DNA of 63,868 bases, the filler included, from Basidiobolus ranarum (taxonomy: Eukaryota): NCBI GenBank assembly GCA_040143965.1. It is 27 parts of 27 records of this genome, joined end to end, with 100 filler letters (N's around TTAATTAATTAA, not from the genome) between each part and the next. Parts side by side here need not be neighbours in the genome. Positions count along the whole stretch, not along the records: positions 23,745 to 26,015 come from JASJQH010003547.1; positions 26,116 to 28,385 come from JASJQH010003548.1; positions 28,486 to 30,755 come from JASJQH010003549.1; positions 30,856 to 33,125 come from JASJQH010003550.1; positions 33,226 to 35,494 come from JASJQH010003551.1; 22 more parts are not named here. One strand, given 5' to 3'. The notes under the pieces were generated by a model that had not been told where the DNA came from, did no database searches, and saw nothing but the letters and a program-made list of their open reading frames with translations. A program made the position numbers and the translations under genes. This document shows positions 23,645 to 35,594 of the stretch, one piece after another (the first letter of the stretch is position 1; each line of letters opens with the position of its first letter).

Positions 23645-25658
23645 NNNNNNNNNNNNNNNNNNNNNNNNNNNNNNNNNNNNNNNNNNNNTTAATTAATTAA
23701 NNNNNNNNNNNNNNNNNNNNNNNNNNNNNNNNNNNNNNNNNNNNTGATTTACCAAATAAAATGACAAACCTTATCTTTGTTTGCTACAGTTTTAATGGGT
23801 GACGATCACTACCATGATCACACTCGATCAATTATTAAGGTGTGAGAGGTTGCTACGAAAGAAATGACGACTCTAGATCTTTATATATTAGAAGTATCCA
23901 CTTGACTATCACTTATTCTCACAGCTATCAATAACAACCACCGCATGCATGGTATATCCGAGTGCTTCAGTCTAAATACATTTAACTTAGGTTTACGCCA
24001 AAATATAGTACAAAGTCAATATTTTCCCTTGTTATTATGTCCAAGCAACTAGTAAGGTAGAATTTACATCAAATTGGTATTCATGCACATTATAGAAATC
24101 TATTGCCCTCGTAGTGAGTGCCATTAAGACTTCTCCAAGGCAATTTACTGAAGTGAAACTAATTCACTATTTGTCAAGAAAACTAATATTATGGAGATTG
24201 ATGGCCAGGTTGTTGAATAACCTTCAATTTATAGATGATAAAAAGAAGGCGATATAAGCAGTGATCCTCAGAGAATATTTCCCTTGCCAGGTTTATTATG
24301 AGATTCAAATAAGCATCCAACGAAACAAGAAATATCAAGTAGAGACTATTGAGTCGCAAACTGGTCTGTCTTCAGTGTGCATGGTGTGTGTACTTGAGAA
24401 CATCTAATTTTCACTCATAGGTGTATCTACAAAATAGAAATATCGCTAAAATACAGAGTATAGCCTTTCGTGCTGGATAGTGGCAAAATGTTGAGTATTA
24501 GTGTATTGTTGTAGAGATATGTCTAGAATTCTTCCTTATTCTCTTCACATAAATAACTCTAATTTGTGGAATCACATATCGTATAGACTAACACTCTTTT
24601 ACTGAAGTGCGTGAAAGATGACAGGAAATTTTTTGACCTCATCTTTTGAGCTCGTCCTTTGTGCTGCTTATTCCCTTTGTGGAAGTTGCTCAAACTTAAG
24701 TATTTGGGATGATACTAGCACATGATCCATATCTAGTTTTGAACACAATGGGTATCTGCAGAGTAACCAGCAGATGATTCCTAGTGATGGCTGAGGCTTT
24801 GTGAGACTAAACGTTGCTTACATTGCTTGTATAGTACGCAACCAAATCACTCCATTTGGCTTACAGCGTAACTTGCTTTTAGTACATCCTTTAATAATAA
24901 TGCTAATATTTTTACATGTACCGAATCTATTTTCACCCAGTACATGGCCATATGTAACCCATGCCTACTAAGATATAACGTAGGATGTTAGTTACGTCTT
25001 GAGTCATGGTAGTATACTCAAGCAATACCGGTAGCACAGTATCCACCACCTGATGTGTTTTAAATACAGCATCAATACCTATTTTATATTAGCATCTTGA
25101 ATGATGAAATCCTCCGTCGCTGCTACCCTCCTAACCACTGAACAATCCAGAAGCTGAATGTCATAATACTTTTGAGCTGTCAGTAGTCTAGATGGATGTA
25201 AATACTACCTGTAGAGTGCTTGTAACTAACGGATTGAACTATTCAAAATACGTTTTCTATACTTGTATCAAATAAACTCCTATTTTGGTGCCATTACTTA
25301 TTGCCATTACTTATTGGCCATTATAGGCTTGGTATATTGTTTCACTACTTAATTCTACTCACGGCATATGAGATCTATTTGATATGGAAATATGGTTTTA
25401 CACAGTGAGAAGAAAGTTGACTGCACACCAGTCAGCACACCAGTTGATGAGCTTTTTTTTTCAAATTCCCTGAATTGTTGGAGTACCAGCTGATGAGCTT
25501 TTAAGTGTTCAAACGAAATGCCACCAAGCCTAAAGCTAATTGGTGGTCCTCACATGGTGGCATTGCAAAGTTTACAAGTGGTGTGAGTATAAAAGATTAA
25601 CATCCAGCAGTTCAAAAGACGTTAAATTTGTATCTTCTCTCTGTCTGCATTCCAAAAG

Positions 25659-25847
25659 ATGAAACTATCCGTTGCTACTCTTCTCGTAACTGCCTTTGCT
25701 CTGGTCACCTTGACCATCGAGGCTAATCCGGTTCCAGCTGAGGAAGTAAGTCCTAGCAGTAGTGATACTGTTAAGCCTCTTGCATGCTGTATTGAGTATT
25801 GCTCTGATTCGTGGAGATGTTGTCAGTGGAGTGCTTGTATGCCATGA
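25659..25847 (+). CDS. Small secreted cysteine-rich peptide precursor, 62 aa
   Basis: Signal peptide MKLSVATLLVTAFALVTLTIEA; acidic pro-segment; mature ACCIEYCSDSWRCCQWSACMP; TATAAAA at 25588, AAAGATGA start context, AATAAA downstream. Confidence 0.82.
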   Translation: MKLSVATLLVTAFALVTLTIEANPVPAEEVSPSSSDTVKPLACCIEYCSDSWRCCQWSACMP

Positions 25848-26115
25848 GTCTAGTCTTTTATGTTGTAGCAAACAAATATAATTCTTTTGTTGAAGCTCTA
25901 GGTAGCAAACGAATAAATGTATTTAAGTGCATGCTTTTAACACCTATTGGTGGTATAATTCAATGTGCGGTGACAGCCAACTTTTACTACTCAATAGTTC
26001 GTCAATCTCCGGAAGNNNNNNNNNNNNNNNNNNNNNNNNNNNNNNNNNNNNNNNNNNNNTTAATTAATTAANNNNNNNNNNNNNNNNNNNNNNNNNNNNN
26101 NNNNNNNNNNNNNNN

Positions 26116-27150
26116 TCATAAAAGACTAGGGCCTTTTAAGATTCTTAAGCAAATCAATTCAGTAGCCTTCCATCTTGAACTCCCAGCCCATTTCAAAGTC
26201 CACAATGTATTTCATATGACTCTCTTAGAGCCACATGCCAGAAACACCTTCCAGGGCCAATCCATTGACCCACCCCCCAGCAATCCAAGTTGAACAACAC
26301 CCTGCATATGAAGTTAGCAAAATTCTAGATTCCAGAATTTATTGATGTAGATTGCAATATTTAGTGGAATGCAAGGGATACTCAACAAATGATCAATCAT
26401 GGGAGCCAGCAACAAATCTTTCCAATTCCAAGGAACTTTGCCAGGAGTTTCATGAAGCCTACCTAGAAAAACCTGGCCCTATGATGCCTGGAAGCCATCA
26501 CTAAAGAAGGGGATACTGTCATGATTCTGATCTTGGCATACTAATCCACTGCAAATAGAACTCTTCTATTATTAGATTATGACATCATATCTGCTGTACC
26601 ATCCCTTCTTGGCAATCTGGCGTCATGATTCTGATCTTGGCATACTGATCCACTACAAAGAGAACCCCTCTATTATTAGATTATGACATCATATCTGCTA
26701 TGCCATCTCTTCTTGGCAATCTTGTGTTAGTTTGTCCAGATTACCTTTTATGGAAGTTACGTTCTTTTGAACATTCAATGAAACCTAACCAATCATGTCA
26801 TCCCACAAATAGTGTATTACCACCAAGACCCTCCATGGAAGGTCACCTGATCATCCTTACATCATCCCTGTTTGTATTGGTCCTTGTAGCCCCTAACACC
26901 CCAACTCTAAAGCTTGCCACAGTATATTCCCTATTCAGTAAATTATGTTTCACCTTGCAATATATATACAAACCCCATGCATTCCTTGATCAGACTGAGG
27001 TCTGATCAACACCAGTTATAAATAAAGAATCTTGCCAAAGTATCTTACTTGTCCAGTCTTGTCTTGTCTTGTGGTCTACACCCAAGTTCTCTCCTGCCTT
27101 CTAGCCTCTTGTCATTATTTCCAGTCCTTGTCCAGTTCCTTATGATCACA
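26116..27150 (+). mobile_element. Chromovirus (Ty3/gypsy) 3' end: integrase tail and chromodomain, PPT, 3' LTR (26517 to about 27150, first 104 bp duplicated)
   Basis: HKRLGPFKI..VHNVFH..YEVSKILDSR..YLVE.KGY....SWEP; PPT AAAGAAGGGGATAC then TGTCA; LTR start repeated at 26621. Confidence 0.9.
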
Positions 27151-28385
27151 ATCTTTGAGCATTGTGAAAGATGCAGTAGGAAAAGCATTGAATACTGGCA
27201 TAGACTCTATTTCTCTTCAATAAACCTGTCATCAAGCTTTTTGTATCTAATTGCAAAATCTTTGCATAGTTGCTATATCTGCCTGAGATCTTCCAATACA
27301 AGTAGGTGCTATAAGAATATATTAACAGTATCCACAAACAACTTCCAATGTTGTCAATAGTTATCAAGTGCAAATCTTTTCAAGATTCCATTGCAATAAA
27401 TACAAATCAAATACCTCCAGTCTTTGCATTTGAATACACCTCTAGATGAGTGGATATTGATAGGAGTTCAGGTAAAACATGATGGTCTCTTGATTTTTTG
27501 AAGCATTTTCCATTTGATTGATTCAAACTTTGATCTTATCTCAAATGACTCATTCATATTGAATTTTTGACAATATAGCTGAGTAAGTAGTCCTGGAATG
27601 TTGTGGAATAGTAAGTGCATAGTGCCTCATGGAAAGCTCTGGCTCCAGCTGATCCCCTCTAGCAATATAATCTTAGGCTTACAGCTAACACCAAGTTTGA
27701 TGTTAGATTGACTATTTGGTGAATTGATATCAGTGATCATGTTGAAATCTGACTGGGCACTTGATGGTATAATCTTAGAGTTTAGTATTGTATTTGATAG
27801 TAATAATGCTTATACCTGATAAAGTAAACTCCTTTGATATCACAGAATCTACAGCAAGATAGTGCATTATGGCAGTAAAAACCTACAGGTTTACTGATGG
27901 TGAGAGTGTCACCATTACACAAGTGATATTAGCTTTAATAAAGTATTCACCCATCTGATACCTATTAGATGACCATTCAAAATCCACAATCAAATGCCCC
28001 AAGAAGCTATCTATAAGCACAGGTGATTTAGGTCCAGATATGATAAATAGTATCTAAGTATTAAGATGCTTATGCTGTTGAGAAGAAGGAAGATTTCAGT
28101 TAATTAAAATAATTGGCCAGCAAGCCTTTTCAACAGTATATTTGTTTGCTGATACCATCCCTTGACTTTCCAGATTTTGGTAGTAATATCCATCAAGTTT
28201 ATTGGTAGTACCATCAGCTTTACGGTGAGTATTTAAGCATTGGTTCAATGATCTATATTTGAGTGATTTCATCAGAACTTCAAGATGAGTAATTAATGAT
28301 GTGTAAGCCAAGTATGAACAATATTTATCTGATTCAGTGATTGCCAACTGTGTGCCCACAGTATATGACTTTATGTTTTTTGGAC
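27151..28385 (-). mobile_element. CMC transposase fragment, decayed
   Basis: Same Tnp2-like motifs (CWPIILINLNL, SGPKSP, CCRFC, MHLLFHNI). Confidence 0.87.
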
Positions 28386-28485
28386 NNNNNNNNNNNNNNN
28401 NNNNNNNNNNNNNNNNNNNNNNNNNNNNNTTAATTAATTAANNNNNNNNNNNNNNNNNNNNNNNNNNNNNNNNNNNNNNNNNNNN

Positions 28486-29222
28486 AAAAACAACTGTAAA
28501 CTCAACCGGTAGTGTCTTGACAAGGATGCACTTAGAGCAAGTATCCAAAGGTGGAAGGTACCTTTGCCTTAGCAGGGAAGCTTGGGAAAGATGGGGAATA
28601 AGATGGAAGCTGACCTTGGGGAGTTTCAAGGTTGGAGAACAGGGATGGAAAGAAGTCTATAGGCAAGTGTAAGTAGTTTGATCAAACTGTCACAATAAGG
28701 AACTAGACAAGGACTGGGAACAACAACAAGAGGCTAGAAGGCAGGAGAGTACTTGGGTGTAGACCTCAAGACAAGCCTAGGCAAGACTGGACAAGGAAAA
28801 TACTTTGGCAAGAATCTTTATTGATAACTGGCATTGATCAGCCTGAGATCTGATCAAGGAATACATGGGGCTTATATAGATATTGCAAAATCAAACATAA
28901 TATACTTAAAAGGGAATATACTGTGGCAAGTTCAAGAGTTGGGGTGTTGGGGACTACAAGGACCAATACAAAGAGGGATGATGGAAGGATGATCAGGTGA
29001 CCTTCCATGGAAGGTCTTGGCGGAAATACACTATGTGTGGGATGACATGATTGGTTAGGTTTCATGGAATGTTCCAATGAACATGACTTCCATATAAGGT
29101 AATCTGGATGAACTAACACAAGATTACCAAGAAGGGAAGGCACAGCAGATATGATGTCTTAATCTAATAATGGAGGAGTTCTATTTGCAGTGGATTGGCA
29201 TGCCAAGATCTGAATCATGACA
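28486..29222 (-). mobile_element. Chromovirus 5' LTR (28688-29222, TGTCA...TGACA) and adjacent leader
   Basis: Full LTR copy; the flanks are not a TSD; followed in element sense by GTTTGATCAAAC and a pyrimidine-rich leader. Confidence 0.85.
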
Positions 29223-29697
29223 GATATCTGTGAAGAACTTGATATTAAGTTGCATAATATTGCAGGATATCTGCCAGATGGCTTGAAGAATGTTAATTCA
29301 GCAATGTTAATACAATGGTGGGCTTTGATAGATAAATTGATACACACTCATGTTGGATCTGAGTTAAACCTTGGGTATGAAGAACTCTATAAAAATATTC
29401 ATGAAAATATATTAAAGAAACTAGGGATTTTGAATATGACAAATTAGTATTCTAGTGGTAAATGAGTAAATTTGAGTCAAGTTTTTTGCACATGTGTTGG
29501 ACCATAGTTCTCTGAGATTGTAGCTAATCATATGCAACTGTTTTGCAAGGTCTTGAAATTTCACTCCTGAAACTGAGAAAATTGATTAAAATCAAATCTA
29601 ACTTGACAATTTATGATGGTAAGTAAACAGTCAATTCAAACTGGAATAAAATTGTGGCAGTTTTCCTACAACTACAATCCTCAAATTTCTGTTAGGG
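29223..29697 (+). mobile_element. CMC transposon ORF2 3' end and terminus
   Basis: Matches 53395-53869; ends ...aaatttctgttaggg. Confidence 0.88.
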
Positions 29698-30755
29698 TTG
29701 GTTATACTGCAAATGGATATTAGAACTGCTTTTTTAAATGGTGAGCTTGCTGAGGAGATGTATATGAACCTGACAGACAGATTTGTAAACCTGGAAGACC
29801 CTAAAAAAGTTTGCAGACTCTGGAAAACACTCTATGGTGTAAAGCAATCTCCAAGAGCTTACAATAGCAAGATCAACATATTTTTGGAATTACTCCACTT
29901 CCAAAGGAGTAATGCTGAATATAGTATCTACCTCAGGCCAGACAAGACAAACCCAGTTTTATTAGCTTTATAAGTAGATGAACTTCATTTAGCACCTAAT
30001 GACTTACGACTTTGGAGAGAACCACATCCTACTTATCTACAGAATTCAAAATGACTGATATTGATGAACCCAGATACTATCTGGGACTCCAAATTAAGAT
30101 AGCAAGAACTATCAAATCAGTAACTTTAAACCAGTCTAATTTCATCCTGGATGTACTTAAAAAGTTTAAATTTAAAGTATGTAATCCAATATCCACCTCT
30201 AGGGAGATAAATCTTGACTTGACCAAGAATGGCTAAAATTAGACATTCTTGGTTTCAAATAAAGCCAGAAATTTCCTTATCAATATATAGTTGGTAGTTT
30301 GATGTGTACCATGGTTTGAAAATGGCAAGATGTTGCATACTCTGGGGAAGTTATGAGCCAATATCTTCAAAATTATGGATCTGATCAAAAAATAGCAATT
30401 ATATGCATTTCCAGTTATTTGAAAGGTATTCAGGATTTGTGCTTGAAATACAAATATTTAGGATCAAAAGTTGATCTGATGGGATATTCAGATGCAAGTT
30501 AGGAAAGAGGTATTGAGACAGGATATCTTCAACAAGATATTTATTTCTTTGCTGTAATGGAGCTATTTCTAGATATTCAAAGTTACTGTCATGATTCTGA
30601 TCTTGGCATATTGATCCACTGCAAATAGAACTCTTCTAGTATTAGATTATGACATCATATCTGCTGTGCCATCCCTTCTTGGTAATCTTGTGTTAGTTCA
30701 TCCAGATTACCTTATATGGAAATCATGTTCTTTGGAACATTCCATGTAACCTGAG
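29698..30755 (+). mobile_element. Decayed copia reverse transcriptase fragment interrupted at 30587 by a gypsy LTR
   Basis: QMDIRTAFLNG, LYGVKQSPRAY, FKMTDID..YYLGLQI; TGTCATGATTCTG at 30587. Confidence 0.88.
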
Positions 30756-31560
30756 NNNNNNNNNNNNNNNNNNNNNNNNNNNNNNNNNNNNNNNNNNNNT
30801 TAATTAATTAANNNNNNNNNNNNNNNNNNNNNNNNNNNNNNNNNNNNNNNNNNNNTCTCTTGAAAATAACTGCGGTAGTTTTGGAAGTTTAAAACCATGT
30901 GTCCAGCCCTCAGAGTGACCACTAATATACACAGATATTGTCAGTTATTAACGTAGCAAATTTCCCGCCAGGCGGTAACCTAGTTGGGAACATGATAACA
31001 AGGAGGTGGAATGACAATAATTCTATTTTTATTCCGAGAATCATGTGATATTGGGTGGAAATCCAACGAGTTATCCAAATAACAACCGAACGGCTCCAAT
31101 CAGTGAATTAGATTGTCGTCAGCACTTTTTTGTACGAGGGTTCTCTGCAAAATGAATTATCCTTTACACGCGAGTGTTTAGTTGTGACGATAGCGATCCG
31201 GTTCACCAAGCAACGGTAAGAGGAGTGGGTACGCCATGCTTGATTTAACAATCCATACATATATATAGGCAATAATATCAACGTATGGGTGATTTGACGG
31301 GAGTATGAAGGAAGATGGATTTTAGGGTGCGGAAGGGGAGAGGGATTCACATCAAGGCCATATGAAGATGAGGTGATTTTGGATGAGTTGACAACAAAGA
31401 TAAAGCTGATATGGGGCCTACTGTGACGGGACATTTTTGGTAAGAAAGGACAAACAGATTCGAGCTTGATGATCATTGAACAATCCTTTGTTGGGGGCGG
31501 CGATAGTTACCATTAGGGGCTTTTTTTGGAATTTTAAATGAGGAAATGAAATGTGTGGGT

Positions 31561-32394
31561 CTATTTGTTTGAGCAGATAGTATCGATATGCATAGGATTG
31601 TCCCGAATTTCTTCAAGTTTTTCCTCATCCTCACTATCATCTGACCCTCTATCAATCAAATCTGGAAATCCGATGGAACTACTCCGAGACGCTTGTACAC
31701 TTGACATTCACGGGCTGTCAACCCTAAGCCCAAGGTAAGACGAGGTCAAGCTTGGAAGTGACTGGAATAAAGATAAGCATACTGTGCAAAGAGAGAGCGA
31801 TCGTGAGGAAGCACTTACTGGTCGGGAATGGCTGTGAGGGCTCGACTGAACTGCCCTGATGAACAGAAGGATTTAGTTTTAGTAATCGTTCGACAAATAT
31901 GCGTGCGAAACCGAAACAGAACGTACAGTAATGATCAGCTCGAAGCTTTCTGGGGTCTGTGGTGGTGTGATGATACGACCAGTCATCATGGTGTCAAATC
32001 GAAGGGGAGCAATGGTAGACTCTGCCGATTTGGGGCCTAAATCAACGAAATTTAGCAACCTGGAAGAATATTAACTCCAGTTGAAATGAAACATTTACTG
32101 CGATAGGATCCAGATGTATCATATGCAAGACTATACAGTTGTTGTTCCACGACTCCAAATCCAAGAGGTGATGAATCAAGTGATGCATCTTTGTGTGAAC
32201 TAGAAGCTCGAAATGGCGGCAAGGTATCTTTTGCCACGCCTTTAAATTCGTTCAATGGTACAACCAAATCCCAAAGTGATAAGATTAGATGTGTTGTCCG
32301 TTATAGATAAGGGGGAGTGAAAAAATCTACCCTCACTGGGGTTCGGGAGCGTGGGGGACGAATAGACCTTCAATTTTCTTTTCCTGCGTAGCAT
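31561..32394 (-). CDS. Hypothetical spliced gene of unknown function
   Basis: ACCACCATG start, basic N-terminus MLRRKRKLK, several plausible GT-AG introns that keep the frame, CpG-rich like host genes; 3' exon structure unresolved. Confidence 0.4.
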
Positions 32395-33361
32395 GGTGGT
32401 GTTGGAATGATTTTTGATAGCATTGTCAGGTCTATAAATAGCACCATGTTAAATCTAGGTCAAGATCTTTTTTATGAATAAGTGATGATTACCGTCCAGG
32501 CAATAGCTTCGACATTTCGGCCCACTTACTTCCCATCTGACTGTACAGCCTGAGTATTAAGCCTTCTTCTTCGGAGGAGAAAGGTGACTTGTCAACTAAA
32601 AGCATAGATAGAGAGCAACCATGAGTTATGATGTAAATAAAAATGTATGGATTTATTTACCTAATCTTTGGGTCTAAATTGTCATGCCATCTATTGAGAA
32701 GGCGGTTAACAATCGTGACAAAAAATGACACTGTTACCATCCGATATATACCTTTCACGACACTGCTTGCCAGTGCGTGAGCCTAAGCGACCTGCTATCA
32801 ATACCCATTTCTTAGCGCCTAGTTCGCGAACCAATCCTACTAAACTCCTGTCTTCCTACATCATCATAGGTAGATTAATAAAGTTTGATCCCGAAAACGA
32901 ATCAGATGAGGGCGGAAATACTACCTGTGAGGTCCATGGGCCCTTCACATACTTGAGCCTCTCTTTCTTCCACTAATGAGAAAATTAGGATTTGGATATT
33001 CTAGTGCAGTAACGCAGAAAATCGCACAATTCGAACAAAATGTAGATGGCAGTAAGCTGTACCTCGGGGCTTTGCTAGCTCAACGAGGCCTCTTCAGGCA
33101 TATCTAAGTTTTTTGATATGGTATANNNNNNNNNNNNNNNNNNNNNNNNNNNNNNNNNNNNNNNNNNNNTTAATTAATTAANNNNNNNNNNNNNNNNNNN
33201 NNNNNNNNNNNNNNNNNNNNNNNNNAATTGGTATCTATTCTATAATACAAGTGCACAATTAACCTCACTCCCAAAAATTGGAAACACATAATGGTAGGAA
33301 AGCTTAAAATTAATTCAATTTCCCAATGCTTTATTGTTTAGATATTGGTTAGATTGTATAT

Positions 33362-33985
33362 CTAAGCTCCAACGCTAATTATTGGACGCTTATCGAGTAA
33401 CTCGTGGCCATCACCTTGACCGATATTCATCTCCGGAATGGTAGGATATCCGGGAAGATTGGCAACCATTAGCTTTGGACCAGTAACTTTCCCGCCAGGG
33501 GTTCCACCATTAATAGTAATATCGACACAATTCATGTAGTATTCTCGATTACCTTCAGCATTAACCCAAGTCCATGCTAGAGTGGCCCGCTTACTGGGAG
33601 GGGCGGTTGCTGGAATTGGTACATCAAAAGTAAGTCCATTCTTGAAGCAGTTACGGACAACAGTTTTCAAAACGACAAATGTCTGATCGTTGTCGTAGGA
33701 GAGAGCAAATTGACAATGGCCACCATCATGGGTGTTTCCGGGGGCGAATTGAACCTTAACAGTATCACCAGCATTGTAAGTGTACTCAACCTTCCCTGCT
33801 TTATAGCCCTTGCAAGGGAATGTGCCCAATGGACCGTTCATATCATAATCAATATCCCCAATAGACTGATAGTACTTGCTGAATGTGGATTTGCGAGGGG
33901 CAGGCGATTGAATCTCCATGTGGCCAGACACGAAGCTCAAGATGCAAAGAGAAGCAACAGTTAATAAATGGGATAGACCTCTCAT
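33362..33985 (-). CDS. AA11-type lytic polysaccharide monooxygenase (probably chitin-active), catalytic domain only
   Basis: 21-aa signal peptide then His as mature residue 1 (HMEIQSPAPR); FPCKGY, THDGGHCQFALSYD, WTWVNAEGNREYYMNCVDI, GPKLMVANLPGYP. Confidence 0.9.
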   Translation of the reverse strand: MRGLSHLLTVASLCILSFVSGHMEIQSPAPRKSTFSKYYQSIGDIDYDMNGPLGTFPCKGYKAGKVEYTYNAGDTVKVQFAPGNTHDGGHCQFALSYDNDQTFVVLKTVVRNCFKNGLTFDVPIPATAPPSKRATLAWTWVNAEGNREYYMNCVDITINGGTPGGKVTGPKLMVANLPGYPTIPEMNIGQGDGHELLDKRPIISVGA

Positions 33986-35594
33986 GATAAAATCGAGTTA
34001 CTAAAGAATTAGTTGATATTCAGGCTTTGAAAAGGGTCTCTCTTTATATCCTTCAAGCGCTACATGTGGGTTGATTTGAACGAAGTTCATTGCCTTGTAT
34101 AGCATTTATTGTCCTGGTGCCAGATGATTCGTGTTACTTTATGTACATTTAATAAGTCAAGAAGCAGTGATAACAGGTTACAATGCAACCACTAGCTCAT
34201 GAGTAATAGCTAGCATTCTGTACTGCCTATGAGGGATTAATGCTTTGTACATTGCCATCGCTATCCTAATGTAACCGGAGTGTTAGTAATGTTTCAATGA
34301 CTTAGTTCCCATACACCAAAAGCATATAACACGAAACAGCCTTTGAAAAATAATCAGAATGAACGGAATTTTCAGCGTAAATGAATTAGACTCCAAAATA
34401 TATATTTCTACCTAAACAAACATACTAGCGGAGTGAGCAACCTGTCGACGAACACAGTTTTAGCTGAAAACTAACAACAGATTCAAAGAAAATTTCCGCA
34501 ACAACAAACTACTTTGAATATTTCATGATAGAAAGAACAGTAGGAGTTGCTGAATGACCGAAGCCGTATCCCACGATCCGACTGCTCTTACTTCATTTTG
34601 AGCACTAGCGTAATGATCTATTCCAAAAATAGGTTAATAGTCTCGCGTGTCACATTACTGCTCGGATAATTTAATAAGTGGTAGCAATCACTATAACGCT
34701 GGTAGTTGTGAATGTGGTGTTTCACTTTTACCAGATATCATATTTCTGATTAATATTCCTGTACAATCGAAGTGTGAACACATACTAGAACAAAGTAAAA
34801 GTGAATTATGTACCAGAATAGGCCTTCCGTACAAGAGTAGGCACCCAAATAAGCGCCCAGGAGAAGATCTAATGATTGGCATGGCAAATATGCGAATCAA
34901 AGATAGAGCAAGCTACGATATAGGTATCTGTGATCATCTAGTAACCTTCAACACTTAAAGTTTTAGATAGTCTCAAATTGTGTGTCTGGATCTTTTCAAG
35001 ATAACTATATGATAGAACTCAGTCGAGAGGCTTACAGTAGACACTGTTCTCACTGGGGATTTCTAGACTCAATATGAGAGTCAAGTAATTCGCAAGAATA
35101 CTGCAAGTATTTCCAGCGCAGTATGAGAGTCAAATAATTTGTTGAGTAAACATTGAAGATACTACTATATAAACAATGTACTTTAGGCTTCTAACTACTT
35201 TTCTAAAATCCTTATGTTAATATCTAGATGGTGCATGTAGATACTCTTAAAGCCTATCATTCAATGACCAAACTTATTCATGTGTCTATATCTGTTGCAT
35301 TGAGACGTGCGTAAACAACTGAACTAGAATATTAACATACCTTGAAGTACATCATGTATCCTCGCCAAGGTTAACAATGTAAAAAGAGAAATCGGTGATT
35401 TGAAAGGAAGCCATGTATCCTGATTGATCCACATCGATTCAGTTTAACATTTGATTTTCAATTGTCAGATCGCCCCACCCTATTTCGCAAATGANNNNNN
35501 NNNNNNNNNNNNNNNNNNNNNNNNNNNNNNNNNNNNNNTTAATTAATTAANNNNNNNNNNNNNNNNNNNNNNNNNNNNNNNNNNNNNNNNNNNN

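Noticed and set aside
19000-26015. Apparent gene cluster (ligase, VDAC, Vps27, peptide)
   Set aside because: Spans three unrelated length-sorted contigs; only the ligase and VDAC are truly adjacent
26700-27005. Recurrent ORF MPSLLGNLVLV... (also 18504, 28838, 42223) as a gene family
   Set aside because: Lies inside gypsy LTR copies and varies in length and frame; recurrence reflects the repeat
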